From assembly GCA_965206845.1 (NCBI GenBank), contig OZ242221.1:192001-256000 (forward strand): a DNA stretch of 64,000 nt. The letters run 5' to 3'. The notes beneath the pieces were generated by a model. That model made no database searches. It was not told where the DNA came from and worked only from the letters and a program-made list of their open reading frames with translations. A program made the position numbers and the translations under genes. This stretch comes from Cenarchaeum sp. (lineage in GTDB: Archaea > Thermoproteota > Nitrososphaeria > Nitrososphaerales > Nitrosopumilaceae). Below are positions 39,958 through 49,119 of the stretch, in pieces; the stretch's first letter is position 1; each line of letters begins with the position of its first letter.

Positions 39958-41622
39958 ATGCCCATAATGCAAAAAATAACGATACTGGGTCTTGCCGTGG
40001 CCGTATCCATGATGTCCTGCACCGTGTCAGTTGCGGAGGCCGAGCCGATCCCCTCACCATACCGACAGGCACGGGACGGAGTGCCCATAGGCGAGATAGT
40101 GTGCGCCGGAGACCGCATGCTGATGCTGTCGCCGTCAGGTATGCCGGCGTGCGTCTTTGCAGGATCGGTAGAGGTGCTGGAACGGCGCGGATTCGTACTG
40201 CTATCCGAAGTGCCCCGTGACGATCTTTCGACAAAACAGCCAGGAGCATCGGAAAAAGCGGGAGGAACCGGCAGTCCGGACGCGTCCAAAACGGGCGACA
40301 GGCCATTCGTCACCACTTGGCGGACCGCCTCGCCGAACGAGTCGATAACCATCCCGGTAGGGAGATCTACGGGAGCATACGCTGTAGACTGGGGCGATGG
40401 AATCGTAACAGGCGTCACCGGGGATACATCACATGCTTATGCTAGTCCTGGAGAGTACCAAGTCGTCATATCCGGCGACTTTACAAGAATCTATCTCAAC
40501 AGCCACCCTGTTGCGCAAGCTCCGTGCAACCATATATCGGACGACTGTCTCCACCAGACTAGTTCCGCGCAAAAGCTACAATCCATAGATCAGTGGGGCG
40601 ACATCAGATGGGAATCGATGAACTCGGCATTTGAGGGAGCGTCGAACATGGTGTATCGTGCAAATGATGCCCCTGATCTCTCAAGCGTGACTGACATGTC
40701 CCAAATGTTCTTCTATGCCGAGTCCTTCAACGGCGACATCTCCTCATGGGACGTCTCAGGCGTGACTGACATGTCCGACATGTTCTCCGTCGCCGTCTCC
40801 TTCAACAGCGACATCTCCTCATGGAATGTCTCAAGTGTGACTGACATGAGTAACATGTTCTATGTAGCCAGCTCCTTCAACAGCGACATCTCCTCGTGGA
40901 GTGTCTCAAACGTGACTGACATGTCCAGAATGTTCGCCCAAGCCGAGTCCTTCAACAGCGACATCTCCTCGTGGAGTGTCTCAAACGTGACTGACATGTC
41001 CAGCATGTTCCGCTCTGCCGAGTCCTTCAACGACGACATCTCCCCATGGGATGTCTCGGGCGTGACTGACATGTCCCACATGTTCAGGGGAGCCGATTCC
41101 TTCAACGGCGACATCTCCACATGGGACGTCTCGGGCGTGACTAACATGTCTTGGATGTTCAGCGGTGCCGACTCCTTCAACGGCGACGTCTCCCCATGGG
41201 ACGTCTCGGGCGTGACTGGCATGTCCGGAATGTTCGGCTCTGCCACTTCCTTCAACGGCGACATCTCTGAATGGGACGTCTCGGGCGTGACTGACATGTC
41301 CGCAATGCTCGGTGGTGCCTACTCCTTTACCCAGAATCTGGGCAGCTGGTACATTACGCTTGATGACACATCTATTGACGATGGCGACGCTACTAGGACA
41401 GTCGGGAATATTTCGGCACAAAACTCCTTCCTTGGCGGCCAGTCTCTTAGATACAGCATAGCCCCGGGCGGAGATGGTGACACCTTTGAAATTGACGGAA
41501 CTGTCTTGAAGCTAAAATCAACTCCAAACTATACCAGCAAGAGCTCTTACACCGTAACCATATCGTCGACTGGTGCGTTTGGCACATCCAACTCAGAGAC
41601 ATTTGAGATCCGGGTAGTGTAG
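39958..41622 (+). CDS. DUF285/BspA-like leucine-rich-repeat surface protein with PKD-like and cadherin-like domains
   Basis: Signal peptide, PFVTTW, VDWGDG, SIDQWGDI.W.SM, nine repeats SFNxDISxWxVSxVTDMSxMF, C-terminal FEIDG..L. Confidence 0.88.
   Translation: MPIMQKITILGLAVAVSMMSCTVSVAEAEPIPSPYRQARDGVPIGEIVCAGDRMLMLSPSGMPACVFAGSVEVLERRGFVLLSEVPRDDLSTKQPGASEKAGGTGSPDASKTGDRPFVTTWRTASPNESITIPVGRSTGAYAVDWGDGIVTGVTGDTSHAYASPGEYQVVISGDFTRIYLNSHPVAQAPCNHISDDCLHQTSSAQKLQSIDQWGDIRWESMNSAFEGASNMVYRANDAPDLSSVTDMSQMFFYAESFNGDISSWDVSGVTDMSDMFSVAVSFNSDISSWNVSSVTDMSNMFYVASSFNSDISSWSVSNVTDMSRMFAQAESFNSDISSWSVSNVTDMSSMFRSAESFNDDISPWDVSGVTDMSHMFRGADSFNGDISTWDVSGVTNMSWMFSGADSFNGDVSPWDVSGVTGMSGMFGSATSFNGDISEWDVSGVTDMSAMLGGAYSFTQNLGSWYITLDDTSIDDGDATRTVGNISAQNSFLGGQSLRYSIAPGGDGDTFEIDGTVLKLKSTPNYTSKSSYTVTISSTGAFGTSNSETFEIRVV
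40687..41333 (+). repeat. Coding tandem repeat, 75-bp unit x9
   Basis: GTGACT(G/A)(A/G)CATG recurs at exact 75-bp spacing from 40687 to 41287. Confidence 0.95.
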
Positions 41623-41865
41623 ACATTTAGATCTGGTGCAGGAGGCTACCAGACGGTAAGCACCGGCTACATTGTCCAAGAACGGCACAAGCCCCATTTC
41701 TGTAGCCCGAAGCGCAGTATGCCTCCCTCAAGACAGGGGGATGCAAGCACGTTCCACGTTGAGCCGATCCGAGTCAGCCTTACAAACCTGTTAGGTTGCC
41801 AGCGCATGGCCTGAATTACGCTGTTCAATCTGCGAGACTTTTGGGTTTTTTCAGGAATGAAAACT

Positions 41866-42108
41866 GGCTCTGGTAAATTCTGATGATCTCTGCCGTTCAC
41901 TGTTCAAAAGTGTGTTCTAGGATCCTCCCTGGATTCGATCCCGCCGCATTTCGTCACGGTGTTCGAAAGTACGGTGCATTCAACAAGGCTGTTCAAAAGT
42001 GAGCTCGCTCACGCTTGCACCTTAGTGGTAGATTTTTGTGATCTCGGTCCATTCTTTTCTTGACCCTGGTAAATATTGGTGATCTGATCACCACAATCGA
42101 CCAGAGCT
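41866..42108. mobile_element. 243-bp non-autonomous element, copy 2
   Basis: Same length and similar sequence to 34957-35199; truncates a copy of the 78-bp MITE. Confidence 0.8.
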
Positions 42109-42124
42109 CCACATGACGGGCACG

Positions 42125-42649
42125 CTATTCAGGATCTATAATGACTATTTTGTTAACGTAGTCATCGTCAAGGCAATGCGTGTTTTGTATAGTTTCTACA
42201 ATGAACAGATCGACCGTGTCAGGGAATATGTGTGGAAACTCTACGGAGCCCTTTACGATTATTGACTCTGACGGGATGCATGACAGGGATTCTATTCTGT
42301 TATATTCACCTATCTGTGCGTTGTGATACCTGACATTCAAGGACAGGATGTTTCCGGTGTTTTCGTTGCGTGACTGTATCGTATACGAAACGTCGTGCCT
42401 GTTTTCTATGTATTCCCTGTATTGGGGATACCTTTCCTTGAAGGCCAAGACCGAGTCAAGCTGCGCTATCTCTTCCTCGAGCTGCGCCCGTTCCTGTTCG
42501 TTCACGGGTTCAAGTTGGCCAAAGGGAAATCCAACAAAAGCGGCCAGATAGCCAACAAAAGATGCCACGACCACCACTGCGGCGGTGCACACCACTGCCA
42601 TCGCAAAGATTAACTTGATGTAGTTGATCTCTTGCACAGAGTCCCGCAT
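42125..42649 (-). CDS. Membrane-anchored hypothetical protein
   Basis: N-terminal TM; AFKERYP and LF....I.NT.CL shared with the 42768 and 50767 proteins. Confidence 0.7.
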   Translation of the reverse strand: MRDSVQEINYIKLIFAMAVVCTAAVVVVASFVGYLAAFVGFPFGQLEPVNEQERAQLEEEIAQLDSVLAFKERYPQYREYIENRHDVSYTIQSRNENTGNILSLNVRYHNAQIGEYNRIESLSCIPSESIIVKGSVEFPHIFPDTVDLFIVETIQNTHCLDDDYVNKIVIIDPE

Positions 42650-42767
42650 GGAAGAAAAGTAATAAACGTACTGTTGGGCGGTCCCGTTACGTTGCCGGCA
42701 GAGTAGTCACTGAGAACTAGCCTCTGCAAACGTTTATGAACTGTCTGCTTGGGAAATATTTCGCAGC

Positions 42768-43250
42768 ATGGAAAGACTTTCAAGATTTGCGATATACCTG
42801 GGAATCGGGATAGGCCTGACTTTCTTCGTGCTGTTCCTGGTCGCGGCGCTGCCGAGCATACTTGACAACTCCATCAGGGAATGGGAGCGACTTGACAAAA
42901 GCGGTACCGGCGAGGAAGAGCTGCGCGTGAAGTTTTCAGAACACCCGGCATACGCGGCAATGTACGAGCGGTATCCGGACGCAAACGAAGAATTTGATTA
43001 TTACGAAAGGGGCGACGGCAGCATGACAGTCGGCGTCATGAACTTTGAGACCGACGCCCAACTGACACTCAGCATGCGTTACGATTCTCACCGTGACAGC
43101 ATCCGCGCAGACGCACGCTGCAGCACGCCGTCAGACCACAGGGACGTAGACGGGCTGTTTGCAGAAGACTTCATACGGGCCACCGACTGTTTGGAACCTG
43201 TAGGCGGGGACGGGACGGTGGCGCAGTCCGAGGAGAAGGCGGTCCCTTAG
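42768..43250 (+). CDS. Membrane-anchored hypothetical protein (paralog of 50767-51288)
   Basis: TM helix; KF.EHPAYA.MYER.P; LFAE.FIR.TDCL. Confidence 0.75.
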   Translation: MERLSRFAIYLGIGIGLTFFVLFLVAALPSILDNSIREWERLDKSGTGEEELRVKFSEHPAYAAMYERYPDANEEFDYYERGDGSMTVGVMNFETDAQLTLSMRYDSHRDSIRADARCSTPSDHRDVDGLFAEDFIRATDCLEPVGGDGTVAQSEEKAVP

Positions 43251-43386
43251 ATGTGATTCGTAATTAGCACGCAGGCACATTAGAGCACGATCTTTGGCAT
43301 AATCATACGAAAGTTGCATGCTTTGGAGCGCACATCTGTAAGATTATGGGCATCGAAGACCCGATTCTTAATTGCGGATCATGTCT
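43249..43386. mobile_element. 138-bp MITE, copy 2
   Basis: Near-identical to 11226-11363; TSD CTT. Confidence 0.85.
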
Positions 43387-43503
43387 CTTGACGTGTGCGG
43401 AGCTGTAGGAGACACGGCATACAAGTACTGGTCACAGCTGGTAACCAGCACTGCTCCCATGAACCCGCGCGATCAAGGTACGCGGGATTTTAATTTGCCA
43501 AAC

Positions 43504-43590
43504 GACTCTGGTAGATTTTGGTGATCAGGTCACCAATATTGACTCTGGTAAATTTAGGTGATCCCTGCAGGTCGCTGTTCAAGAAGTGAG
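43504..43590. mobile_element. Abutting end fragments of the 243-bp element family
   Basis: GACTCTGGTAGATTTTGGTGATCAG followed by GACTCTGGTAAATTTAGGTGATC. Confidence 0.6.
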
Positions 43591-44115
43591 CTTCAGATCT
43601 TCTCCACGTTTTGTTTCCTGCAATTCATGCCGGCGCCGTCTTGCCGTTCAAAAGTCGTGATCCGTTCAGCCTCGGTGTTCAAAGGCGAGCTGCGGACCCT
43701 GTTATTAAATTCAGGTCGCGTTGGCGACGTTTCCGCCCTTCAATACATGGTACCTGTAAATCTCAAGCCACGTGATCTTTGGGTCGGCATCACTGTAAGC
43801 AAATTCATAGCGGCACCCACGCATGTCCTTGAGAATCACTGAAGCGTCCCTCCAAAACCCTCATGCTTGCACTGCTCTGGACGGCAATCCTGTTCGTCAT
43901 GTTAGCCGTGTTCGTGTACGGGTACCTTACGGGGGCATTTGTGCCTCCCTCCCAAATACCCGATAAAATTCTCGAGTGTTCGTCGTGCGACGGGTGTCAT
44001 CCATGCGTTGAGGATATTTCTAGCAACTCTGCCGAATCCGCAGTAGCACTATAGCGCCGATCGAAAGTTCCTGCAGAGTATGTCACTGGTTTCGATCACG
44101 TTTGTCTCAAACATA

Positions 44116-45426
44116 CACCGCCGAGTATAATTTCGTGAACAACTGCCAGATTTGATGCAGGTCCGAAGACAGGATTGTCGAATTTCTTCCAAGCCGCTTG
44201 TTATTTTTGTCCCAAAATACTGGTTCGTTCAGATCCGTGAAGGGTCGTGGGGCGGCCGTTTACCGTTTCCGGATCTGCGTGCGCACGATCCCCTGTGCGC
44301 CTGCAGGCGCCTGCCTATGCTTTTCTGTAGAGGTACCTTTCGATGTCAAGTTTTGGCAGGGACGACCCCAGCCACTTGTCGATGTCGCTGCACATGGAGC
44401 TGAACCGGACGTACGGCACGTCCAGGATCGAGTGTTTCATCTGGCGCCACACCTCCTCGATCGCGTTGAGGTCGGGACAGCCGGGCGGCAGAAACTGCAG
44501 CTCCACGCCGTCCAGGCGCCCGATCTCTTCCCTGACGAATTTCGACCTGTGCTGCGGCGCGCCGTCGGTTATCATCAGGATCTTCCCGAACCTTTCGCAT
44601 GCGGCCTTCAGGAACTCGACAAACTCCTTCCCGGTAAAGGAGTCGTATCTCTGGAAGAACCCCTCCCCGTCCAGCGTGATCAGGCCGAACACGATGGTCT
44701 TGGAGTGCGATCCCGTGTACGTGTAAACGCCGCGGACCCCCTTGGGCGTGTAGACGCCCTTCCTGAGCCGCGCGTCGGCCACGCATATCGCCTCGTCCTG
44801 CACACATGCCGTGTAGCCGGCCCTCACCCTCTCCTCTATCAGCGGCCCCAGCTTCTTGCGGAACCACGCGATCTTCTGCCTGCTTGCTCTCTTCACGTGC
44901 CGTCCCATCGGAACCTTCCTGGTGAATCCCCAGCTGCGCAGCAGGAAGCGCGCGTACGATATCGTATACTCCGTCATGTATTCTATGCCGGAACCGTCGC
45001 GAATGATATCGCGCAGGTCCTCTGCCGTCAGGTACACCGTCTTTTTTACTTTTTTTTAACTGCCTTCAGGGTCTCGCCTGAGATCCTCGGCGGGCGGCCT
45101 GAGCGGGTGCGAGTCTGCAGGCCTGCAGTGCCCTCCTTCAGGTACCGGTTGTGCCACTTGACTCCCCATGACGGGGCCATGCCCAGAAAGCGCGCGGCCC
45201 TGGTCACGCTCATTCCGTCCCTTTTCACCATCACGTTCAGCATTATCCTGTCCCGCACCTGAGGATCCTTCTCAATCTTGCGAATCTTGAGCATCTGCTT
45301 GTATTTCATGGCCTGTCTGGGCTGCTCTGATCAATGAACCTTTCGCTGCAAGACAAGCCTCGTTCAAATCAGATGGCCGATTCCCGGTTTCCCACTGCTG
45401 TGATCTCGCACTTTTATTCGGCGGTA
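44116..45426 (-). mobile_element. IS630-family insertion sequence (inner)
   Basis: TIR (C/T)ACCGCCGA with TA on both sides; OrfA 45046-45309, OrfB 44315-45037. Confidence 0.85.
44315..45309 (-). CDS. IS630 transposase, OrfA/OrfB joined by a -1 frameshift
   Basis: HTH OrfA; OrfB with QDEA, TDGAPQH, PPGCPDLNAIEEVW; A8G run at 45049-45057. Confidence 0.88.
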
Positions 45427-45634
45427 TAGACGCCAGCCATTGACAATTGCCGCCTAATCCGTTCCTAATCTTGGCATACATAACGTTCTGGTATGTGGCT
45501 TTGCAGGGAAGCCTGACTGAAATGATTCGTGGATTCTGCAAGAACTTTAGTCGGCGCTATAGTTAAATGTGGCAATAAGGCTATAACTGCGATGCATTCT
45601 AATTGGAGCAATAGATCAAGTTGATGATTAGATT

Positions 45635-46606
45635 ATGACAAAGCAATCTAAATCTGATAATCCTAACAGAGGCAAACTTCCCGTGATTGGTGTAGTGATT
45701 GCCATAGTTGTTGCTGTTGTTGTAATAACATTACTGCTATCTGGCTCATCTATGTTTGTAGATCCTACTACAAATGATGATAACGCAAAATCTAAGGATT
45801 CTAAAATAATTGATTGGCGCCATGTTCACGGTTTAGGGTTTGATCCTGATAATCGTTCGATTGTGTATATTGCAACCCATGGTGACTTTTACCAAAGTAT
45901 TGACGGCAAACCGCCAGTAAAAGTAGACAAGATACGTGCTGACTATATGGCATTTAGTGCACCATACGTTTCAGGGACCCCACTGTATGCAAGCGGTCAT
46001 CCAGCAACTGGAGGAAATACTGGATTGATTAAAAGTAATGATGGAGGGATTACGTGGGAGCTTGTGTCAAATGTAATAGAACCTCCAGTGGATTTTCATG
46101 CAATGGCAGTAAGCAAACATAATTCTAAAATTATAATTGGTTTTGATAGTGCAGCAAGAGGCTTATTTAAGACAGTTGATGGAGGAGAGACATGGGAGTC
46201 ATTAGTGTATCCAGAGTATGTTTCCGCACTTGCAATATCTCCTGATGAATCACAGCTAATTTTTGCAGGAACTGGAAAAGGAATATTCAAGTCAGCTGAT
46301 GGAGGAAAGACATGGATGCTTCTTGATGAATATAATGGAATGGGTGTTTTTGCGTTGGCATTTGATGAAGGGGGCACATTGTTTGCATCAGTAGAGACAT
46401 TTGGAATGGTAAAGTCAGATGACTTGGGGGAGTCATGGGAAGACATGCAGGGAATTGATCTGACTGTTTTAAGTATTGCAGCAGATTCTGAGAATAGCTA
46501 CTTGTATGTTGGAGGTTATTCTTCTGAAGGATTCCAGCAGGTCTACAAAATTGCGTATGATTTTTCCAGCTATGAAGTGATTGGAACTAACAAAGGATTA
46601 GAGTAA
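45635..46606 (+). CDS. Membrane-anchored BNR/Asp-box beta-propeller protein (YCF48/glycosyl hydrolase-like)
   Basis: HVHGL, ATH.G, SGHP, repeated S.DGG.TW, VDFHAM; AT-rich. Confidence 0.8.
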   Translation: MTKQSKSDNPNRGKLPVIGVVIAIVVAVVVITLLLSGSSMFVDPTTNDDNAKSKDSKIIDWRHVHGLGFDPDNRSIVYIATHGDFYQSIDGKPPVKVDKIRADYMAFSAPYVSGTPLYASGHPATGGNTGLIKSNDGGITWELVSNVIEPPVDFHAMAVSKHNSKIIIGFDSAARGLFKTVDGGETWESLVYPEYVSALAISPDESQLIFAGTGKGIFKSADGGKTWMLLDEYNGMGVFALAFDEGGTLFASVETFGMVKSDDLGESWEDMQGIDLTVLSIAADSENSYLYVGGYSSEGFQQVYKIAYDFSSYEVIGTNKGLE

Positions 46607-46756
46607 TAGAATCAATGTAAAACAGTCATCATCATGTAACTTATCCTAAAGAAGGGCTGTTGTTATAGATGCATATCATAATAACTGAATCTATAAAAAA
46701 TAATGCCAGACATATGTATCAATTAAGAGCATGACGTTTACTACAAATTGCCACTA

Positions 46757-47857
46757 TAGCGCCGATCATAAATTCGTGCAGAGTGGCGCTGCCTTTCTGT
46801 GGGCAAATTTGAGTATGTCCAGCTTGAATCTCACGGTCCGATAATACGTGATGACAGCATTGCACATGTCAGCAAACGTCCGATAGTATTCTAAAACGAG
46901 TAGGACCTGTTTTCCTTGGCGCCAGCATTCCTCTACCGCGTTGAGGTACGGGGATCCCTTCGGAAGGTAAATGATCCTGACGTTTTTGTTCTCCCGTAGC
47001 AGCTTCTTGACGAGTTTTGCGCGGTGCGGGGAGGCTCTGTCCGTCACCACCGCCACCTTCCCGAAGTGCCTCTGCATCTCCTTGAGGTATCCGACGAAGG
47101 TGGGCGCGTCAAAGCTCTCGTGTGTCCTGAAGAACTGCCTGCCGTCCTTGGCGATGGCCCCGTAGACCACGATCCTCCTATGGCTTCCTGTGTACGGCAC
47201 GACTATCCTCTCTCCGCGCGGAGACCAATATTTGCGCCCGGATATCACATCGTGGATAAAGAAGGCTTCGTCCTCGTCCACTATGGTAAATCCGTCTCCC
47301 TCTAGGCGTGAAACACGCTTGTCGAAGCGATACTGCCAGCCCCGGACGGCCTCCTTGCCGGCCCTGTTGATGTGGACCTTCTGCGGGATCTTAGGGGTCA
47401 GGCCGTGCCGGCGCATGGCCTTCCTGACGTTTGTTATGTACAGCCGGGTGCCGGTATCCTCGCGTATGATCTTTTGCAGCTCCCTGGGGGTGCACTGGGG
47501 TTGGACGGCCTATTCGATTATCCGCGCCATGATCTCGCGCGGAATCTTTGGCGGCCTACCGCTTCTGGGAAGATCCCGGAGGCCGTCAAGGCCTCCGGCA
47601 TCGAAACGTTCCAGCCAGGTATGCACCCACCTGTCGGACCGCATGAGGTTGGCTGCAGTCTCGCTTACGTTCATTTTGCGCACGCGGACCATGTGTACGG
47701 CAAGCATCCTGAGGATCACTCTGGAATCCTTTTCTTTTCTGTACGCTTTTTCCAACTCTTCCCGCTTTGTAACGTCCATGACGTGGCTGTACGGGAAGGG
47801 ATCATTATTGCTTTCGATTTGGCAGATTTACCCTGAACGAACTTTCAGTCGGCGCTA
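46757..47857 (-). mobile_element. IS630-family insertion sequence
   Basis: TAGCGCCGA termini with TA TSD in CTAG context. Confidence 0.88.
46766..47779 (-). pseudogene. IS630 transposase split by one in-frame TAG
   Basis: OrfA and OrfB in the same frame, TAG at 47510-47512; DEA, DRASPH, SPYLNAVE motifs intact. Confidence 0.8.
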
Positions 47858-47942
47858 TAGAATGGCGCGTGACCCTCCCCAGGGAATGAGTGCAACCAAG
47901 ACTGCAAATAGAACACGTGCGTAGAAAAAGAGAGAGATTGGG

Positions 47943-48794
47943 TCAACCCTCGTTCCGTGCTATTTCTTTGGCTTCAGACAGGTCAAGCGGCTCTTTTCCA
48001 CCAAACTTGTCCAACTCCGAGGTTATGGTCTCCTCTCCCTCATAGATTGGATAGAACGAGGCGTAGCCGAGCATGTTTAGTCCCATGTCATCGTTTATCA
48101 GGAAGAGCCCCTTGTCGCCTTTTTGATAATCTGTGGTGTACTGTGAAACCAATCGGGTTACTTGGAGGTCGGTTCTGTCTATTGGGACGTTCACGTAGTC
48201 GTAAAATGTCACTTCATCAGAGCTCCAGTCGAGATCGTCTTTCAGCACCTCCAGAATCTGGAGAGTTACCTCCGCCTTTGGAATCTCATTGTGCTCAAAG
48301 ACGTACTCGTTGCCGTGCTCGTCCACGTCCATAATGTCCTCGGGGAATACCTTGATGCCCACGTCAGTCACGACGCCGATCACCACCAGGTGTGATTTTT
48401 CTACCTTTTCTGCAAATGTACGGTCCACAAACTGCGGTGCACCCCCATCTGGTCCGTAGGTGCCAAGGGGTGCGATTAGGAGCATCTCTGCTGCGTACGC
48501 TATAGAAAAGGCGGCTATCACGGCCAGTATCACCCTGATGCCGATCCTCCTGTCAATGGTTTCCACCCGCTTCAGCACGAATACGCCTGCCCCCAGCAAC
48601 AGCCCGCCGGGAATCGTCCCTGTCCCCAAAAGATTAAACGCGGACCACGCATCGAAACCCTCTAAACCCCAACCGGTGCCCAATATACGGCTGTGCAACA
48701 CGACTCCGGCTATCGGGAAAAATATCCAGAGGTAATGTGCCGCCACCGCGATCAGCGCCCAGCCTACCAGCCTCGGGGATTTGAGGTTAACCAT
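47943..48794 (-). CDS. Membrane protein with extracellular C-terminal domain
   Basis: Three N-terminal hydrophobic segments; SHLVVIG.V motif; start uncertain (48794 or 48866). Confidence 0.65.
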   Translation of the reverse strand: MVNLKSPRLVGWALIAVAAHYLWIFFPIAGVVLHSRILGTGWGLEGFDAWSAFNLLGTGTIPGGLLLGAGVFVLKRVETIDRRIGIRVILAVIAAFSIAYAAEMLLIAPLGTYGPDGGAPQFVDRTFAEKVEKSHLVVIGVVTDVGIKVFPEDIMDVDEHGNEYVFEHNEIPKAEVTLQILEVLKDDLDWSSDEVTFYDYVNVPIDRTDLQVTRLVSQYTTDYQKGDKGLFLINDDMGLNMLGYASFYPIYEGEETITSELDKFGGKEPLDLSEAKEIARNEG

Positions 48795-48877
48795 TGCCAC
48801 ACCTTGGATATGACCTACCCTCATAGGCGTTGTTGCATACAGGGCACCGTGTCGTGGGTACGTCAATATACCGCTTC

Positions 48878-49100
48878 TTGATGTATGGAATCAGCAGGTG
48901 GGTCGGCAGGTGGAAGCAAAACGGCTGGCTCACCAAAACCAGGCAGCCAGTAAAGAATGCTGATCTGTGGAAAGACATGCTTGATGCCACCGACGGAAAG
49001 AGAGTATTTTTCCGGTGGATCAAGGGCCACAACAACCACACCATGAACGAACTCTGCGACCGCATGGCCAAAGAGCAGGCGGAAAAGGCCGCATGTAGAA
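48878..49100 (+). pseudogene. rnhA: C-terminal half of a bacterial-type RNase HI
   Basis: GI..W...WK.NGW.T....PVKN.DLW and W.KGH.....NE.CD.MA; N-terminal DG motif absent. Confidence 0.75.
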
Positions 49101-49119
49101 CGAAACCATTCATTAGATT

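Larger units (their letters stand above)
44052..45559. mobile_element. IS630-type MITE (about 195 bp) carrying a nested IS630
   Basis: Outer TIR TAGCGCCGAtcgAAAGTTCcTGCAGA / TAGCGCCGActAAAGTTCtTGCAGA with TA TSD. Confidence 0.75.

Noticed and set aside
40687-41333. CRISPR array
   Set aside because: Units are contiguous 75-bp in-frame coding repeats without unique spacers, and there are no cas genes in the window
37243-41622. Diversity-generating retroelement template/variable repeat pair
   Set aside because: No reverse transcriptase in the window, and differences between copies are not confined to adenines
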